A stretch of 64,000 nucleotides of DNA from Tubulanus polymorphus (taxonomy: Eukaryota; Animalia; Nemertea), in assembly GCF_964204645.1 (NCBI RefSeq), contig NC_134025.1:17831101-17895100 (forward strand), read 5' to 3'. Numbering within the stretch: position 1 is the stretch's first letter; each line of letters opens with the position of its first letter. Below, in pieces: positions 61,751 through 64,000 of this stretch. Position numbers and translations under genes: made by a program. The notes beneath the pieces are model-generated. The model was not told the origin of the DNA. It was given only the letters and a program-made list of their open reading frames with translations, and did no database searches.

Positions 61751-62430
61751 CTTCTGCGATTCAAAAAGCCGCCATTTTGTCTCTTTTCAATATCACTTCC
61801 GTTTTGTGGATGGTTTCAACATTACCTAAATTGCGGTTTACACACGCCGGCAATAGATTGAATAAATTGAATTGAATTGAGGCATCCGCGCGATTCAACG
61901 CACAATCTAAGGCAACTTTGCGGTCAACAAAAGTGTCACACTTACCCCTTCATGTGTAAAAAGGATTTCTCCAGTACTCAACGTCATTGATAATTGCTTA
62001 CCTCGCAAACAGCGAGCTTCTTCCGCAAGAAAATATAACGACAGCGTCACAGCGCGGCTATACACGAGGATCGGGCCTATTCGATTGGCATTCGACTGTA
62101 CAGTGCGAGCGTAATCTTCCGCGATTTAGCGTATCAATTGAATGTACGTTTTTTGCAAAATATGGGAAATAGAAACGATATGACGGCTATCAAATTCAAG
62201 AAATAACATAAGAGATTCTCCATGACTGGGAAATGAAAAACTAGATGCTACAAAATGGCACATTAGCAGATAAGACCAGTTTGTATGCGTCGTATAATCG
62301 AATATGCCCTTACAATAATGAGGACTCTACGATCGACTGTGGCAAGTCAGTATCACTAGATAGCGCTCAGAATAGTCAGACAGGATCACCTGAATGGATG
62401 TATGTTGATTAACGCGGTTTTTCGACTATC

Positions 62431-64000
62431 ATGACTATGGAATACAACAAATACTCAAATTTAACCCTAAACGAGCTAAAAATCATCCTTCGCAGCAGGA
62501 ATTTGAAGGTTTCTGGAAAAAAGAAGGATCTTTTGAGAGGTAGGTAGCCTTCAGGGGCGGATCTAGACGGGAACACGCGGAGCACGTGCTCTTGTCGCAA
62601 ATTCTGAGTGCCCTTTTTGAAAAATGTGCGAAATGAAAAATTTTTGACCCATCTCTTAATGAATTGTTGCAGAATGTCATTTTTGTGTCTCAGGTGCCTG
62701 GATTTGCATTTAAATGGGTTAAAATTCAAAAATTTTCTGGGGGAGACCCAGACCCCCACGAAAATAAATAAATAGATTAATAGATAGTTGCACTGCAGAT
62801 TTCTGGATTTCGATTTCTGGGAAAACAGCTTCTAATGTTCTTCTCTAACGTTCGGAGCTGCTGAATTGGCTTTTCCACTATGCTGGTCAGAATCGGAGCT
62901 TGTTCTTACAGTTATCTTGTACTTTCTTAGATTTTCATGAGCCCACTGTTGAATACCATATGGATCTCCCTGATTATTCACAGTACAAAGATATTCATAG
63001 TCAAATGCTGGATGATTTCCCGGAGGTTACCATGGACAGACTGAATGATTATTTGACCACTTGCAGCAAAACATTTGATAACAAATGTGAGGAGTTATAT
63101 AATGGGAGGTAGGTCAAAGTGAATGCACTTCTTTAAAGTTAGTTTTTGTTTAAATGCCTTAACTTGGGTCTACTCATTTGCTTCAGGTATATTCAATATA
63201 TGCGTACCTGCAAGAGCGATGACAAGATATATGTGACGGGCAATATATGGGCCGAGATGAAGAAGTCTGTGGCTTACAGGACGGATATCGCATTAGACAA
63301 GTTTGGTGTGGTGCAGGAGTGCCAGTGCGAATGTGCGGTGGGACAGGGTCCGGCTGCCCATTGCAAACATGTTAGCACATCATTGTACGCTTTATCAAGA
63401 TTCTGTTTAACTGGAAGAATTCTCACAGAGTTGACCTGCACGCAAGTACGTTACCAATCGAGTCTGCCTTTTTAAACTTTCAACAGATTTGTTGAAAATG
63501 TGGAAAATGATCTCTAATTTTAGGTTCTACAAAAGTTCCATCAGGCAAAGGCCTACAAGGGAAGTCCCGTAAAAACAAGAAATATGACTGGAAGTAAAGG
63601 CGCATATATATATGATCCTCGCCCACCGTCGAAAAGACCTGCTGAAAAAATACAGGAAGATACAAGAAACATTATAATCAATTGGCCGGTAAGGTCCTAC
63701 ATTCTGCTTAAACACATCACATTTATTTAATCGGAATTTATGACTGGCCCCTTTTGAATTAATAAGATCAACTTGCAAATGTATATTCTCATAAAATGGC
63801 ATGGTTGTTAGCAATTATTTTGCTGATTTGTGTTATTTTGACACAGTGATTTGTATTAGAAATTATTCCATTCAGAACAAGGTAGCAAGACAGCCGATTT
63901 TACAATCCTATGGTCCAGCTAGGATGCAAGGTTTGACTCATGACCATGATTATCAAGAATTTTCAATGGAACACAAGTTTTTGGTGGATGAAAAGGTATG
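62431..64000 (+). CDS. Spliced SAP plus SWIM zinc-finger gene (Kolobok-type transposon ORF?), runs off the window
   Basis: Exon 1 SAP (LTLNELKIILRSRNLKVSGKKKDLL, then GT); further exons near 62932-63108, 63187-63445 (AEMKK, CQCECAVGQGPAAHCKHV, TCTQ) and 63528-63688 (YDPRP). Confidence 0.55.

Overview
An AT-rich animal genomic window (probably a marine invertebrate; this is inference) made almost entirely of nested mobile DNA. About 30 kb comes from one family of Polinton/Maverick (adintovirus-like) endogenous viruses, present as four damaged pieces: A 19430-24850, A' 24851-28870, B 29645-37716 and C 45621-57730. Together they encode a protein-primed PolB, an RVE integrase with chromodomain, a packaging ATPase, major and minor capsid proteins and an HNH nuclease. 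Also present are two Ty1/copia elements, a Penelope-like retroelement with an SGNH ORF1, LINE fragments, MITEs, a Helentron-type element, satellites and a spliced SAP-SWIM gene. Four features stand out: (1) an ORF-free ~850-nt region directly after the HNH gene that shows compensatory base changes between copies, i.e. a candidate large structured ncRNA; (2) a LAGLIDADG intein in the YxD|TD motif of one PolB copy, with an intein-free allele 8 kb away; (3) poxvirus-like TAAATG starts on nearly all viral genes, suggesting a helper-virus-dependent lifestyle; (4) termini that are themselves long palindromes. All assignments were made by eye; no searches were run.
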